DNA from: an uncultured bacterium
GTDB taxonomy: Bacteria; Bacteroidota; Bacteroidia; Bacteroidales; Marinifilaceae
Reading direction: 5' to 3'
Length of the DNA stretch: 32,442 nt
Assembly (NCBI GenBank): GCA_905215395.1
Contig: CAJMQA010000001.1
Span: forward strand, 1 to 32,442
Shown: in pieces, positions 1 through 9,324 of the stretch
How positions within the stretch are numbered: the first letter of the stretch is position 1
Layout of the letters: the number at the start of each line of letters is the position of its first letter
The notes under the pieces: generated by a model
Databases searched by the model: none
Told to the model about the DNA's origin: nothing
The model's input: only the letters and a program-made list of their open reading frames with translations
Translations under genes and position numbers: made by a program

Positions 1-1671
1 CTTCATGGGATCGACGGTAATCCCCTCGACCTTTTGTCCCCCCCCGGCTTCACCTCCTCCCCGGCTGCGGTCGGTATAACTTAAAGAAATCTGATTATCC
101 AAACGCAGCCGTTTGCTGGGAAAAGCCGTCAGATTCGTCATAACATTCATGCGCTGAAAGTCGCTGTTATACATGATTCCCTCTTCTTTGTAATATCCGG
201 CTCCGATCATATAACGGAATTTTTCACTTCCACCGGAGGCCTGGAGATTGGCATTCAAAATTTTCCCCGTACGGTATGCGTACCTCCACCAATCGGTGGA
301 ATTATTGTAAAAGTCATTCAGACTGTCCTGTAAAGCCCAGGCATTCTGGGCAGCATTGGCATCTCCCCGGAACCAGTTGATCATAGGAGCATTGATCAGG
401 TCGCCCTTGTATTTATAAATATCGTCGATAGAGGTCGGCATTTTCCAGCATCCATCTGAATCCAGATAAGGATATACGGTATTTTTCAGAGCTTGCAGAT
501 TCCAGCGCCGCTCTATATTCCCTCCGGTTTGCAAAGGCGTCTCAGGCAACCAGGTGGCCGAATATGAAGCATTCGCCGTAAAGCGGGCCTGCCCGGCACG
601 CCCCTTTTTGGTGGTGATCAAGATAACGCCGTTTCCGGCTCTGGAACCATAGATCGCTGCAGAAGCAGCATCTTTCAGCACTTCGATGGACTCGATCATC
701 GAAGGGTCGATGTCCGAAAGGGTATTGGTGCCCGTTATCGGGGAGGTGAACGATTGCATAGGTACTCCATCGACAACATACAAGGGAGTTCCATACTTCC
801 GGTCCGCCCCTTCATTGGTTTCGCTATCGAAAATGGAATTATATCCCCGGATGGCCACAATCGCACCGCCTCCGCCGGGAGAACCCGACATATTGTTAAC
901 CTCCACCCCCGCCATATGCCCCTGCAACAGACTCTCCAGGCTATGGGTAGGGAGTTCCTTGATATCCTCCGCCTTCACCGAAGAAATGGCACTCACCATG
1001 GTTCGTTTCTTCTGCGAACCGTATGCAATGACCTGCACCTCATCCAAGGCTGCCACATTCTCCTCCATCTGGACCACCAAAGGTTTTGCACAGGTAAAAG
1101 GAACTTTCTTATCCTTATAGCCAACGAAAGTAAAAAACAGGACACCTTTTTCCATCGGTAAACGCATCGTAAAATTTCCGTCCACATCCGAGGCTACCCC
1201 CAAAGTAGTTCCTTCAAGCCGGACTGTGACCCCCGGCAGGGATTCATTTTTCTGATTCAGTACACATCCTTTGACTATATACTCCTTTACCTGTTGTTTC
1301 TGCTGTTGGTCCTTCCGGAAAAGAATAATGACTTTATCGACCACCCGGAATGAAAATCCTGTTCCTTCCAGACAACGATCCATAATCTCTTCCACTGTGG
1401 CGCCCTTCATGTTCAGGGTGATATCGGAAATCTTGTTGACAGCATCATCGTCAAAGAAAAAACTGAATTCCGACTGCCCCCGGATCGCATTCATCACTTT
1501 TTCAATCGTCACATTTTTCAGATCCAAATCCAGCTTTACCTGCTGGGAATAGACCGAAGCCACCGATTGTAAAACCGATAAACAGGTTAAAAAAATGCTT
1601 AATTTCATAATCATTAAATTTTTACGCCATCCCCAACCGGGGAAATGACCTGCTTCTCCATTTTTTTTCAT
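1..1671 (-). CDS. SusC/RagA-family TonB-dependent transducer, N-terminal part (runs off window start)
   Basis: Manual translation from ATG at 1671 (MKKNGEAGHF...MKLSIFLTCL...). It shows an STN-like segment, the CarboxypepD-like motif LPGVTVRLEGTTLGVASDVDG, and plug motifs PLYVVDGVP and IESIEVLKDAASAAIYGSRAGNGVILITTKKG. The frame is open to position 1; it is missing from the ORF track because no stop falls in the window. Confidence 0.95.
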   Translation of the reverse strand, partial: MKKNGEAGHFPGWGWRKNLMIMKLSIFLTCLSVLQSVASVYSQQVKLDLDLKNVTIEKVMNAIRGQSEFSFFFDDDAVNKISDITLNMKGATVEEIMDRCLEGTGFSFRVVDKVIILFRKDQQQKQQVKEYIVKGCVLNQKNESLPGVTVRLEGTTLGVASDVDGNFTMRLPMEKGVLFFTFVGYKDKKVPFTCAKPLVVQMEENVAALDEVQVIAYGSQKKRTMVSAISSVKAEDIKELPTHSLESLLQGHMAGVEVNNMSGSPGGGGAIVAIRGYNSIFDSETNEGADRKYGTPLYVVDGVPMQSFTSPITGTNTLSDIDPSMIESIEVLKDAASAAIYGSRAGNGVILITTKKGRAGQARFTANASYSATWLPETPLQTGGNIERRWNLQALKNTVYPYLDSDGCWKMPTSIDDIYKYKGDLINAPMINWFRGDANAAQNAWALQDSLNDFYNNSTDWWRYAYRTGKILNANLQASGGSEKFRYMIGAGYYKEEGIMYNSDFQRMNVMTNLTAFPSKRLRLDNQISLSYTDRSRGGGEAGGGQKVEGITVDPMK

Positions 1672-1707
1672 AAATTTGTTGTGTTTAAGAATAAAATAAA
1701 CAATCTC

Positions 1708-1744
1708 AGAGGGCAGCCATTGACGCAAACAAGGGCTGTCCTCT
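1708..1744 (-). promoter_or_regulatory. Hairpin between fecR and susC
   Basis: AGAGGGCAGCC(1708-1718)...GGCTGTCCTCT(1734-1744), 10 of 11 positions complementary, immediately after the fecR stop. No clear U-tract follows on the minus strand. Confidence 0.55.
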
Positions 1745-1745
1745 T

Positions 1746-2918
1746 TTATTTTGCCATGATAGTAACCGTACGTCCCTTTATTTGAAAACCGACACGCCCA
1801 TTCTGTCCGATAATATTCAGCAATTGATGAAAATCCCCCATTCTTGGCATATCGCCGGTAAAGCGGATATCTTTCACCGATTCATGCTGATAAAACACCG
1901 TAAGATCATACCAACGTCCCAGGGTATTCAGCAACTCTTCCATCCGGGTATTCCGGAAAACAAAACGCCCGTCTTTCCAGGCTGTATAGAGATAAGTATC
2001 CACTGCCTGTTTCTGCAAATCACCCGAATTTTTATCCACGCATCCCTGTTCTCCGGGAATGAGATACATCTGCCGTTTTTTCTTTTCCGAACTCATACGG
2101 ACACTCCCATTTACCAGAGTTGTAACCACCTCGTTTTCATAAGTATTGACATTAAATTCTGTTCCCAGCACCTCGATTCCGGCTTCCTCTGCATGGACAA
2201 CAAAAGGATGTTCTGCGTCATGTCTTACCTGAAAATAAGCCTCTCCCTCTACAAACACCTCCCGTTTCTCCCCTGTAAAATTCACCGGATAACGCAATTT
2301 ACTCTCCGAATTCAGCCACACCCGGGTCCCGTCACTTAAAGTCAGGACATATTCCGCCCCTCTTGGGATCTCCAGTTGATTATAAACCAGCTCCTGTTCA
2401 GTAGTTTCCGGCAGAGAAACAGGAGTATAAGACAAGACCTTGTTCCCTGCATCCACCAAAGTACCGTCAGATTCCTTCACACAGAGACTATCGGTAAGAA
2501 AGATACGCTCACCGTTCCCCAAAGTCAATACCGGCAGTTGATGTGCAACGGTAACAGCCTGCGCGAACGGATATTCTTCCTTCTTCTCTCCGATGAAATA
2601 CCAGGCAGACCATCCGGCTGTCAAAGGCAACAGAATCATGGCAGCATACTTCATCAGACGCCTTCGCACAAAAGTTTTCCGCTCCGGCATCCGCGTCCTG
2701 AGAAATTCCTGGCAATCTGCCTGCCAATCTATCGACCGGGCTTGCTCTATTTTAGACTCTAAAAATCCGGTTGTTTTATATCTTTCATATAATTTCCTGT
2801 TGCGCGGAGATTCCTTTATCCATCGATCGAGTATATCCTGCTCTCCCGGAGATAAGTCTTCCCTGAATGATTTTACCAGAAGTTCTGCCAAACGAAATAT
2901 TTTCTTTTCCTGTCCCAT
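1746..2918 (-). CDS. FecR-family anti-sigma factor
   Basis: 390 aa with one TM segment and FecR motifs LTLSDGTRVWLNSESKLRYP, REVFVEGEAYFQV, VLGTEFNV and AWKDGRFVF. Lies between an ECF sigma gene and susC. Confidence 0.95.
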   Translation of the reverse strand: MGQEKKIFRLAELLVKSFREDLSPGEQDILDRWIKESPRNRKLYERYKTTGFLESKIEQARSIDWQADCQEFLRTRMPERKTFVRRRLMKYAAMILLPLTAGWSAWYFIGEKKEEYPFAQAVTVAHQLPVLTLGNGERIFLTDSLCVKESDGTLVDAGNKVLSYTPVSLPETTEQELVYNQLEIPRGAEYVLTLSDGTRVWLNSESKLRYPVNFTGEKREVFVEGEAYFQVRHDAEHPFVVHAEEAGIEVLGTEFNVNTYENEVVTTLVNGSVRMSSEKKKRQMYLIPGEQGCVDKNSGDLQKQAVDTYLYTAWKDGRFVFRNTRMEELLNTLGRWYDLTVFYQHESVKDIRFTGDMPRMGDFHQLLNIIGQNGRVGFQIKGRTVTIMAK

Positions 2919-3075
2919 ATTTTTATTGTGTCTCTATATACAAGACCCCTAAAGCAGAGAAAAGAGGGAGTGAAATAATAAAAAAATGAAAATTAATTCT
3001 ATTTTAATAAACTTGTACAGATAAAAAATATATTCTATTTTTACTACTTTCATTACTTTACGTACATAGATATTG

Positions 3076-3657
3076 ATGTCAGACCATTCATTCCAGTTAA
3101 ATAATATAAACTGCTATGACGACGCTGGAGTCAGCCTGTTGTTCGAACGATATTACATCCCTCTGGTATTGTTCGCGCAGAGCTATGTGCAGGATGAAGA
3201 AGTAGCCAAAGATACCGTACAGGATATTTTTTGTTTACTGATTGAAGATCAGAAAAAATTTCTGAGTGTCGAGAATCTGAAAGTATATCTTTACAATGCA
3301 GTCAGAAACAAATGCCTGAAACACATCCGCCACGAAGGAGTCAAAGGACGTTATCAGCACTACATTCAATATTCAGAAAAAGAAGCAGAAGAGTATTATG
3401 AACGGATACTGGAAGAAGAGGTCTTTCTGCAACTCAACAAAGCGATCCTCGAATTGCCGGAACAATGTAAAAAAGTATTTCTCCTGACCCTGGAAAAAAA
3501 AGGAAATGCTGAAATTGCTCAAATCCTGGGAATGAGTATAGAAACCGTCAAATCACATAAAAAAACAGGAAAAAAACTGCTGTACGCAAGATTAAAGGAT
3601 ATACTCCCCATCACCATACTTATGTTTTTCTTATCCGATCCGGAGGACAAAAAGTAA
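3076..3657 (+). CDS. ECF RNA polymerase sigma-70 factor (Bacteroides expansion family)
   Basis: LFERYYIPLVLFA, DTVQDIF, YLYNAVRNKCL, region 4 LPEQCKKVF...EIAQILGMSIETVKSH, and a hydrophobic tail. Divergent from fecR. ATG at 3076 (in-frame TTG at 3073). Confidence 0.93.
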   Translation: MSDHSFQLNNINCYDDAGVSLLFERYYIPLVLFAQSYVQDEEVAKDTVQDIFCLLIEDQKKFLSVENLKVYLYNAVRNKCLKHIRHEGVKGRYQHYIQYSEKEAEEYYERILEEEVFLQLNKAILELPEQCKKVFLLTLEKKGNAEIAQILGMSIETVKSHKKTGKKLLYARLKDILPITILMFFLSDPEDKK

Positions 3658-3771
3658 AAAACCCCTTGCAGATCACAAAAATTCTGAATTATTATTGCAG
3701 TAATATTTTTGTAATACCTTTGAGTTTTTTACTTTTACGCTCGCTAAATATCGAATCAAAAAAAGCAGAAA

Positions 3772-5538
3772 ATGAATCATGGTATCTTCGAATTACTGAA
3801 GCTCGTAGGATCATTAGGATTATTCCTCTACGGGATGAAGTTAATGAGTGAATCCCTTCAAAAATTAGCCGGAAATAAAATGCGGCAGATTCTGACAGCC
3901 ATGACTTCCAACCGTATTACCGGTGTTCTTACAGGTTTATTCATCACAGCTCTTATCCAAAGTTCTTCTGCCACCACAGTTATGGTTGTCAGCTTTGTAA
4001 ATGCCGGACTGCTGGACCTGGTCGGTTCTATCGGAGTGATTCTGGGAGCCAATGTCGGAACCACTATTACCAGTTGGCTAGTCGCTGTCCTGGGATTGGG
4101 AGAATTCAGCATGAGTGATCTGGCCCTGCCGATCATCGGTTGTTCACTTCCTCTTTTATTTTCTAAGAAACGTTCCCGGAAAAACTGGGGAGAGATGTTT
4201 ATCGGATTCGGTCTTCTATTCCTGGCATTACGTTTCCTGCAAGATTCCATGCCGACCAATTTACACGATTATCCCGGAGTCGGTGACTTTATTCAGAACA
4301 TCAGTTTTCTTGGATTCCGTTCCTGGGTCATATTCTTGTTAATAGGTGCTGTACTGACCACCGTATTCCAATCTTCATCGGCAACCGTAGCCCTGACGCT
4401 GGTCATTTGCTCAAAAGGCTGGATTGGTTACGAAGATGCAGCTGCTATGATCATGGGAGAAAACATCGGAACCACCATCACAGCTAATATCGCAGCAGCA
4501 GTTGCCAATATACAGGCCAAACGTGCTGCCTTAGCCCACTTTATCATTAATGTATTCGGGGTCATCTGGTTATTTGCCATTTTTACCCCCTTTCTGCATT
4601 TCATCGGTGATCTGTCCGTTACTCTGCACCTTTCCACATATAACCCTATTTACTCGGATCCACGTTTGCTGAATGAAGCTTTCTCTCCGGAAGCCAGAGC
4701 AGGAGTATTGGCATCCATCAATGCTGCAATGCCGTTAGTGTTATCGCTTTTCAACACCTTAGCCAAAGGCATCAATGTCACCATATTGATCTGGTTCACC
4801 CAAATCATCGCCAAAGCTGTCAGCCGGATTATTCCACCGAAAGACGGGGATGAAGTATTTACACTCAAACATATCAAAATCGGTTTGCTCTCAACTCCGG
4901 ATGCTTCCTTATTCCAGGCCAAACAGGAAATCTCTCTCTATGGCCGGAATACACTGGAGATGTTCCACCAGATGGTACAGGCGTTTGATATGCCCAAGGG
5001 AGAATTTGAAAAAGAATTCGATAAATTACAAAAAATGGAGGACGAAAGCGATCAGGTTGAAATCGATATTGCCGATTACCTGACCAAAGTTTCTGAATCC
5101 CGTCTGACATCCGAAAATTCTCAACGGGTCAGAGCTATGTTTAAAATAGTTTCTGAAATAGAAAGCGTTGCCGATTCTGTATTAAATATCACAAAAGCCA
5201 TTTTCAGAAGAAATGAACAAGGAATAATTTTTCCGGAAGAGCTGAGCAACAAGCTGAAACACATGATGGCTTTGGTGGATGAATCTATCCTCATCATGTG
5301 CACCAATCTGGCTACGGAGTACACTGCCGTCAATGCAAAAAAGGCATATGAACTGGAACAGGCTATTAACGATTACCGTACAATCCTCAAACAAGAACAC
5401 TTGATGGCCATTGAAGAAAAACGTTATGATTATTCCACCGGAATTCTATACAATGACATGTTTTCTGAATGTGAAAAAATCGGAGATTATACCATCAATG
5501 TAACGGAGGCAATGAAAGAAATCGGTCATGAGGCATAA
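3772..5538 (+). CDS. Na/Pi cotransporter family protein (NptA/SLC34-like) with PhoU-like C-terminal domain, paralogue 1
   Basis: 588 aa; GLFLYGMKLMSESLQ, two QSSS repeats, GANVGTT/GENIGTT, helical cytoplasmic tail ending ECEKIGDY. Confidence 0.93.
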   Translation: MNHGIFELLKLVGSLGLFLYGMKLMSESLQKLAGNKMRQILTAMTSNRITGVLTGLFITALIQSSSATTVMVVSFVNAGLLDLVGSIGVILGANVGTTITSWLVAVLGLGEFSMSDLALPIIGCSLPLLFSKKRSRKNWGEMFIGFGLLFLALRFLQDSMPTNLHDYPGVGDFIQNISFLGFRSWVIFLLIGAVLTTVFQSSSATVALTLVICSKGWIGYEDAAAMIMGENIGTTITANIAAAVANIQAKRAALAHFIINVFGVIWLFAIFTPFLHFIGDLSVTLHLSTYNPIYSDPRLLNEAFSPEARAGVLASINAAMPLVLSLFNTLAKGINVTILIWFTQIIAKAVSRIIPPKDGDEVFTLKHIKIGLLSTPDASLFQAKQEISLYGRNTLEMFHQMVQAFDMPKGEFEKEFDKLQKMEDESDQVEIDIADYLTKVSESRLTSENSQRVRAMFKIVSEIESVADSVLNITKAIFRRNEQGIIFPEELSNKLKHMMALVDESILIMCTNLATEYTAVNAKKAYELEQAINDYRTILKQEHLMAIEEKRYDYSTGILYNDMFSECEKIGDYTINVTEAMKEIGHEA

Positions 5539-5581
5539 AGCCCGGAAATAATAAACACAAACATAATTTTATACATTTTAT

Positions 5582-7276
5582 ATGGATTATGATCTTTTTG
5601 ATTTCCTGAAACTCATCGGTTCCCTCGGGGTATTTCTTTTCGGTATGAAACTGATGAGCGAAGCCCTGCAAAAAGTCGCAGGAGCCCGGATGCGCCATAT
5701 TTTATCGGCAATGACCTCCAACAGAGTAAAAGGTGTCATTACAGGGCTTTTAATTACGACCATCATACAGAGTAGTTCCGCGACTACAGTTATGGTGGTC
5801 AGTTTTGTTAATGCAGGTCTGCTAAACCTGGTAGAATCTATCGGGGTGATCATGGGGGCCAATGTAGGAACCACCGTAACAGCCTGGATGATTTCTATCC
5901 TGGGCTTCAAAATCAGTATGGCAGAAATTTCTTTACCCATGATCGGTCTCTGTCTGCCCCTTTTATTCTCCAATAAACGATCCCGGAAAAGTTGGGGGGA
6001 ACTGATTATCGGTTTCGGTTTACTTTTCATCGGCTTGGAATTTCTGAAAAACTCCATGCCCAATCTGGACGAAAATCCGGAAATCTTCACTTTTTTACAG
6101 GAATATGCCGACATGGGATATGCCTCCTACATCCTCTTTATGCTGATCGGTACTGTACTGACCATCCTCATCCAATCCTCCTCTGCAACCATGGCCCTTA
6201 CCCTGGTTATGTGTGCGAACGGCTGGATCAGTTACGAGATAGCTGCTTCCATGGTATTGGGTGAAAATATAGGAACCACCGTAACAGCCAATCTGGCTGC
6301 CGTCGTGGCCAATACTACTGCTAAAAGAGCCGCTCTTGCCCACTTTGTTTTCAACGTATTCGGAGTGATCTGGGTACTATCCATCTTCCCTCTTTTTTTA
6401 AGCTGGGTTGAAAAATTAAGCGGATTATTAGGAATAGGTGATCCGGCCACGGACATCAACGCTGTACCCATGGCCCTCTCTCTCTTTCATACGCTTTTCA
6501 ATGTCGCCAATGTTCTGATTCTGATATGGTTTACCAAACTGATAGCCCGTCTGGTGACCAAACTCATCCCGATGAAAGAGACCGGAGAAGATGCATTCAC
6601 CCTGAAACACATTAAAATCGGTTTACTCTCAACCCCTGATGCCTCTTTGTTTCAGGCCAAACAGGAAATTACACTGTACGGGAAAAATACCCGGGACATG
6701 TTCCATAAAGTGACGGAATGCCTGGAGCTACCTTCCAAGGACTTTGAAAAATCTTTCACCAATCTGGTGAAAATGGAAGACGAAAGCGACAATGTTGAAA
6801 TTGAAATCGCGAATTACCTGACAAAGGTATCCGAATCCAAACTATCGACTGAAAATTCACAGCGGATCCGGGCTATGTTTAAAATTGTATCGGAAATAGA
6901 GAGTATTGCCGATTCTTCCCTGAATGTCGCCAAAGCCATCAACCGGCGGAATGATCAAAATGTAGTCTTTCCGGAAGAACTGACCAACAAACTGAAACAC
7001 ATGTTTGCCCTGATTGAAGAAACTTTGAATATCATGTGTATCAACCTGAACATGGAATACCGGGAAGTCAACGCCAAAAAAGCTTACGAACTGGAACAGG
7101 CAATCAATGACTACCGGACCATCCTAAAACAGGAACATTTACTGGCAATCGAAGAAAAACGTTACGATTATTCCACTGGAATCCTGTACAATGACATGTT
7201 CTCCGAATGTGAAAAGATCGGCGACTATGCTATCAATGTAACTCAGGCCATCAAAGAAATCGGACACGGCGAATAA
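5582..7276 (+). CDS. Na/Pi cotransporter family protein with PhoU-like C-terminal domain, paralogue 2
   Basis: 564 aa with the same motifs (two QSSS, GANVGTT, GENIGTT, SLFHTLFN). Directly downstream of paralogue 1. Confidence 0.94.
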   Translation: MDYDLFDFLKLIGSLGVFLFGMKLMSEALQKVAGARMRHILSAMTSNRVKGVITGLLITTIIQSSSATTVMVVSFVNAGLLNLVESIGVIMGANVGTTVTAWMISILGFKISMAEISLPMIGLCLPLLFSNKRSRKSWGELIIGFGLLFIGLEFLKNSMPNLDENPEIFTFLQEYADMGYASYILFMLIGTVLTILIQSSSATMALTLVMCANGWISYEIAASMVLGENIGTTVTANLAAVVANTTAKRAALAHFVFNVFGVIWVLSIFPLFLSWVEKLSGLLGIGDPATDINAVPMALSLFHTLFNVANVLILIWFTKLIARLVTKLIPMKETGEDAFTLKHIKIGLLSTPDASLFQAKQEITLYGKNTRDMFHKVTECLELPSKDFEKSFTNLVKMEDESDNVEIEIANYLTKVSESKLSTENSQRIRAMFKIVSEIESIADSSLNVAKAINRRNDQNVVFPEELTNKLKHMFALIEETLNIMCINLNMEYREVNAKKAYELEQAINDYRTILKQEHLLAIEEKRYDYSTGILYNDMFSECEKIGDYAINVTQAIKEIGHGE

Positions 7277-7293
7277 TTTTTCATTTATAATAC

Positions 7294-7301
7294 TACTTTT
7301 G
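7294..7301 (+). promoter_or_regulatory. Bacteroidetes -7 promoter box for the glycine-tRNA ligase gene
   Basis: TACTTTTG matches the TAnnTTTG consensus and ends 24 bp before the ATG at 7326. Confidence 0.7.
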
Positions 7302-7325
7302 CAACTTAAACAATTAGGATAAATT

Positions 7326-8879
7326 ATGGCACAGGAAGATGTATTTAAAAAATTAGTTGCCCATTGTAAAGAATATGGGTTTGTATTTCCCTCTTCAGAT
7401 ATATATGATGGTTTAGGTGCGGTATATGATTACGGACAGTACGGAGTGGAACTAAAAAACAATATCAAACGGTACTGGTGGGAATCTATGGTACGCCTCC
7501 ATCAAAACATCGTAGGCATCGACTCTGCTATTTTTATGCATCCGACTATCTGGAAGGCTTCCGGTCATGTGGACGCATTTAATGACCCTTTGATCGATAA
7601 CAAAGATTCCAAAAAAAGATACCGTGCGGACGTCCTGATTGAAGATCAGATTGCCAAATACGACGAGAAAATTGAGAAAGACGTAGAAAAAGCCCGCAAA
7701 CGCTTTGGGGAGAAATTCGACGAAGCCCTTTTCCGTCAGACCAATCCCCAGATTTTGGAACATATCCGGAAACGGGATGCCCTGCATGAAAGAATGAGCA
7801 AGGCACTGAATGACGGCGATCTGAATGAGGTGCGCCAAATCATCATTGACGAAAAAATTGTATGTCCGATTTCCGGGACTTGTAACTGGACCGAAGTACG
7901 GCAATTCAATCTGATGTTTGCCACCGAAATGGGCTCTACTGCTGAAGGAGCCAGTAAAATATATCTGCGTCCTGAAACGGCACAGGGCATTTTTGTCAAT
8001 TTCCTGAATGTTCAGAAGACCGGACGTATGAAAATTCCTTTCGGAATAGCACAAATCGGGAAGGCCTTCCGGAATGAGATCGTTGCCCGTCAGTTTATTT
8101 TCCGTATGCGTGAATTCGAACAAATGGAAATGCAATTCTTTGTACGCCCCGGTTCAGAACTGGATTGGTTCAGACAATGGAAGACAACCCGGATGAAATG
8201 GCACCAATTGCTGGGATTCGGAGCTGAAAACTACCGTTTTCATGATCACGAGAAGCTGGCCCACTATGCGAATGCCGCCACCGATATCGAATTTAAATTC
8301 CCATTCGGCTTTAAAGAAGTGGAAGGTATTCATTCCCGTACAGATTTCGACCTTTCACAACATCAGAAATATTCCGGTAAAAAAATCCAGTATTTCGATA
8401 CCGAATTGAATGAATCCTACGTTCCGTACGTGATTGAGACTTCTATCGGTGTAGACCGGATGTTCCTGCAAATCATGTCTGCGGCATACTGCGAAGAAGA
8501 CCTGAGCAAAGATGGCAAACAGGATTCACGCGTCGTATTACGCTTACCGGCAGCACTAGCTCCTGTAAAAATGGCTATTATGCCACTGGTCAAAAAAGAT
8601 GGTCTGCCCGAAAAAGCTCAGGAAATTATGAATCTGCTAAAATTCGACTTCAATTGCCAGTATGACGAAAAAGATTCCATAGGAAAACGCTACCGTCGTC
8701 AAGATGCTATCGGTACTCCTTTCTGTATTACGCTCGATTATCAAACCCTGGAAGATAACACCGTTACCATCCGGCACCGGGATAGTATGGAACAGGAACG
8801 AGTTGCTACCGACCAGCTCTTCGGAATACTGAAAGCGAAATGCGATCTGGGCAATCTGCTGAAGCAAATCAACGAATAA
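7326..8879 (+). CDS. glyS: Glycine--tRNA ligase, homodimeric (alpha2) type
   Basis: YDYGQYGVELKNN, WKASGHVDAFNDP, YLRPETAQGIF, IGKAFRNEI, FRMREFEQME, EVEGIHSRTDFDL, and anticodon-binding domain SIGKRYRRQDAIGTP. Confidence 0.97.
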   Translation: MAQEDVFKKLVAHCKEYGFVFPSSDIYDGLGAVYDYGQYGVELKNNIKRYWWESMVRLHQNIVGIDSAIFMHPTIWKASGHVDAFNDPLIDNKDSKKRYRADVLIEDQIAKYDEKIEKDVEKARKRFGEKFDEALFRQTNPQILEHIRKRDALHERMSKALNDGDLNEVRQIIIDEKIVCPISGTCNWTEVRQFNLMFATEMGSTAEGASKIYLRPETAQGIFVNFLNVQKTGRMKIPFGIAQIGKAFRNEIVARQFIFRMREFEQMEMQFFVRPGSELDWFRQWKTTRMKWHQLLGFGAENYRFHDHEKLAHYANAATDIEFKFPFGFKEVEGIHSRTDFDLSQHQKYSGKKIQYFDTELNESYVPYVIETSIGVDRMFLQIMSAAYCEEDLSKDGKQDSRVVLRLPAALAPVKMAIMPLVKKDGLPEKAQEIMNLLKFDFNCQYDEKDSIGKRYRRQDAIGTPFCITLDYQTLEDNTVTIRHRDSMEQERVATDQLFGILKAKCDLGNLLKQINE

Positions 8880-8883
8880 ATAA

Positions 8884-8920
8884 AAAATCTTCCGGTCAAA
8901 AGCCGGAAGATTTTATTTTT
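8884..8920. terminator. Intrinsic terminator after glyS, likely bidirectional
   Basis: AAAATCTTCCGG-TCAAAAG-CCGGAAGATTTT with a T-rich tract downstream on + and an A-rich tract upstream (a T-tract on -). Confidence 0.85.
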
Positions 8921-8994
8921 GGCCGTTTCATCTGTTGACCGGCTTCGGGATAAACCGATCGCCCCGATCCATAACTCCCACATTATTTCAAGAT

Positions 8995-9105
8995 TCACAA
9001 CATTATTTTACGGGACTTTATTCCAGGCCTCAGCCAGCACCAATAGATCAGCATTCCTAAAAAAGTCAGTAGTAAAACTCCTACAGTCAGTAAAATTTTT
9101 GGCAT
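8995..9105 (-). CDS. Candidate 36-aa small membrane peptide MPKILLTVGVLLLTFLGMLIYWCWLRPGIKSRKIML
   Basis: Manual translation, ATG at 9105-9103 to TGA at 8997-8995. About 22 hydrophobic residues then a basic tail; A-rich upstream context; points toward the bidirectional terminator. No homology evidence. Confidence 0.4.
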   Translation of the reverse strand: MPKILLTVGVLLLTFLGMLIYWCWLRPGIKSRKIML

Positions 9106-9142
9106 TTATATACTATTTTACAGTAAACCTTACTTTTATGTA
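9101..9142. repeat. 42-bp dispersed direct repeat, copy 1
   Basis: GGCATTTATATACTATTTTACAGTAAACCTTACTTTTATGTA, identical to 16872-16913. Confidence 0.95.
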
Positions 9143-9324
9143 GAATTAAATTTTGTATGCCTGCCCTTCATTGACCTCCTATACTTTCACACGGGGCTTT
9201 CCCACGGGACGTCGGTCGGGCATTCCGGTAGGCCAACAAAATACGCAGACTACCACCATATTCTTCAGACCATAAACTCTTTCACTGCCAGACTGAGATC
9301 ATCTTTCAATGTTGCACTGCCGGA

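Noticed and set aside
686..1552. Plus-strand ORFs of 144, 135 and 93 aa, and the many similar short ORFs elsewhere in the track
   Set aside because: They are antisense or off-frame shadows of well-supported genes (here the partial susC) and carry no recognisable motifs.
9101..9142. The 42-bp repeat as a CRISPR repeat
   Set aside because: Only two copies kilobases apart, with no spacer periodicity and no cas genes.
9117..9146. TTATGTAGAAT resembles the XerD arm of a dif site
   Set aside because: No proper XerC-like arm lies at a 6-bp spacing, and the second repeat copy diverges within this arm.
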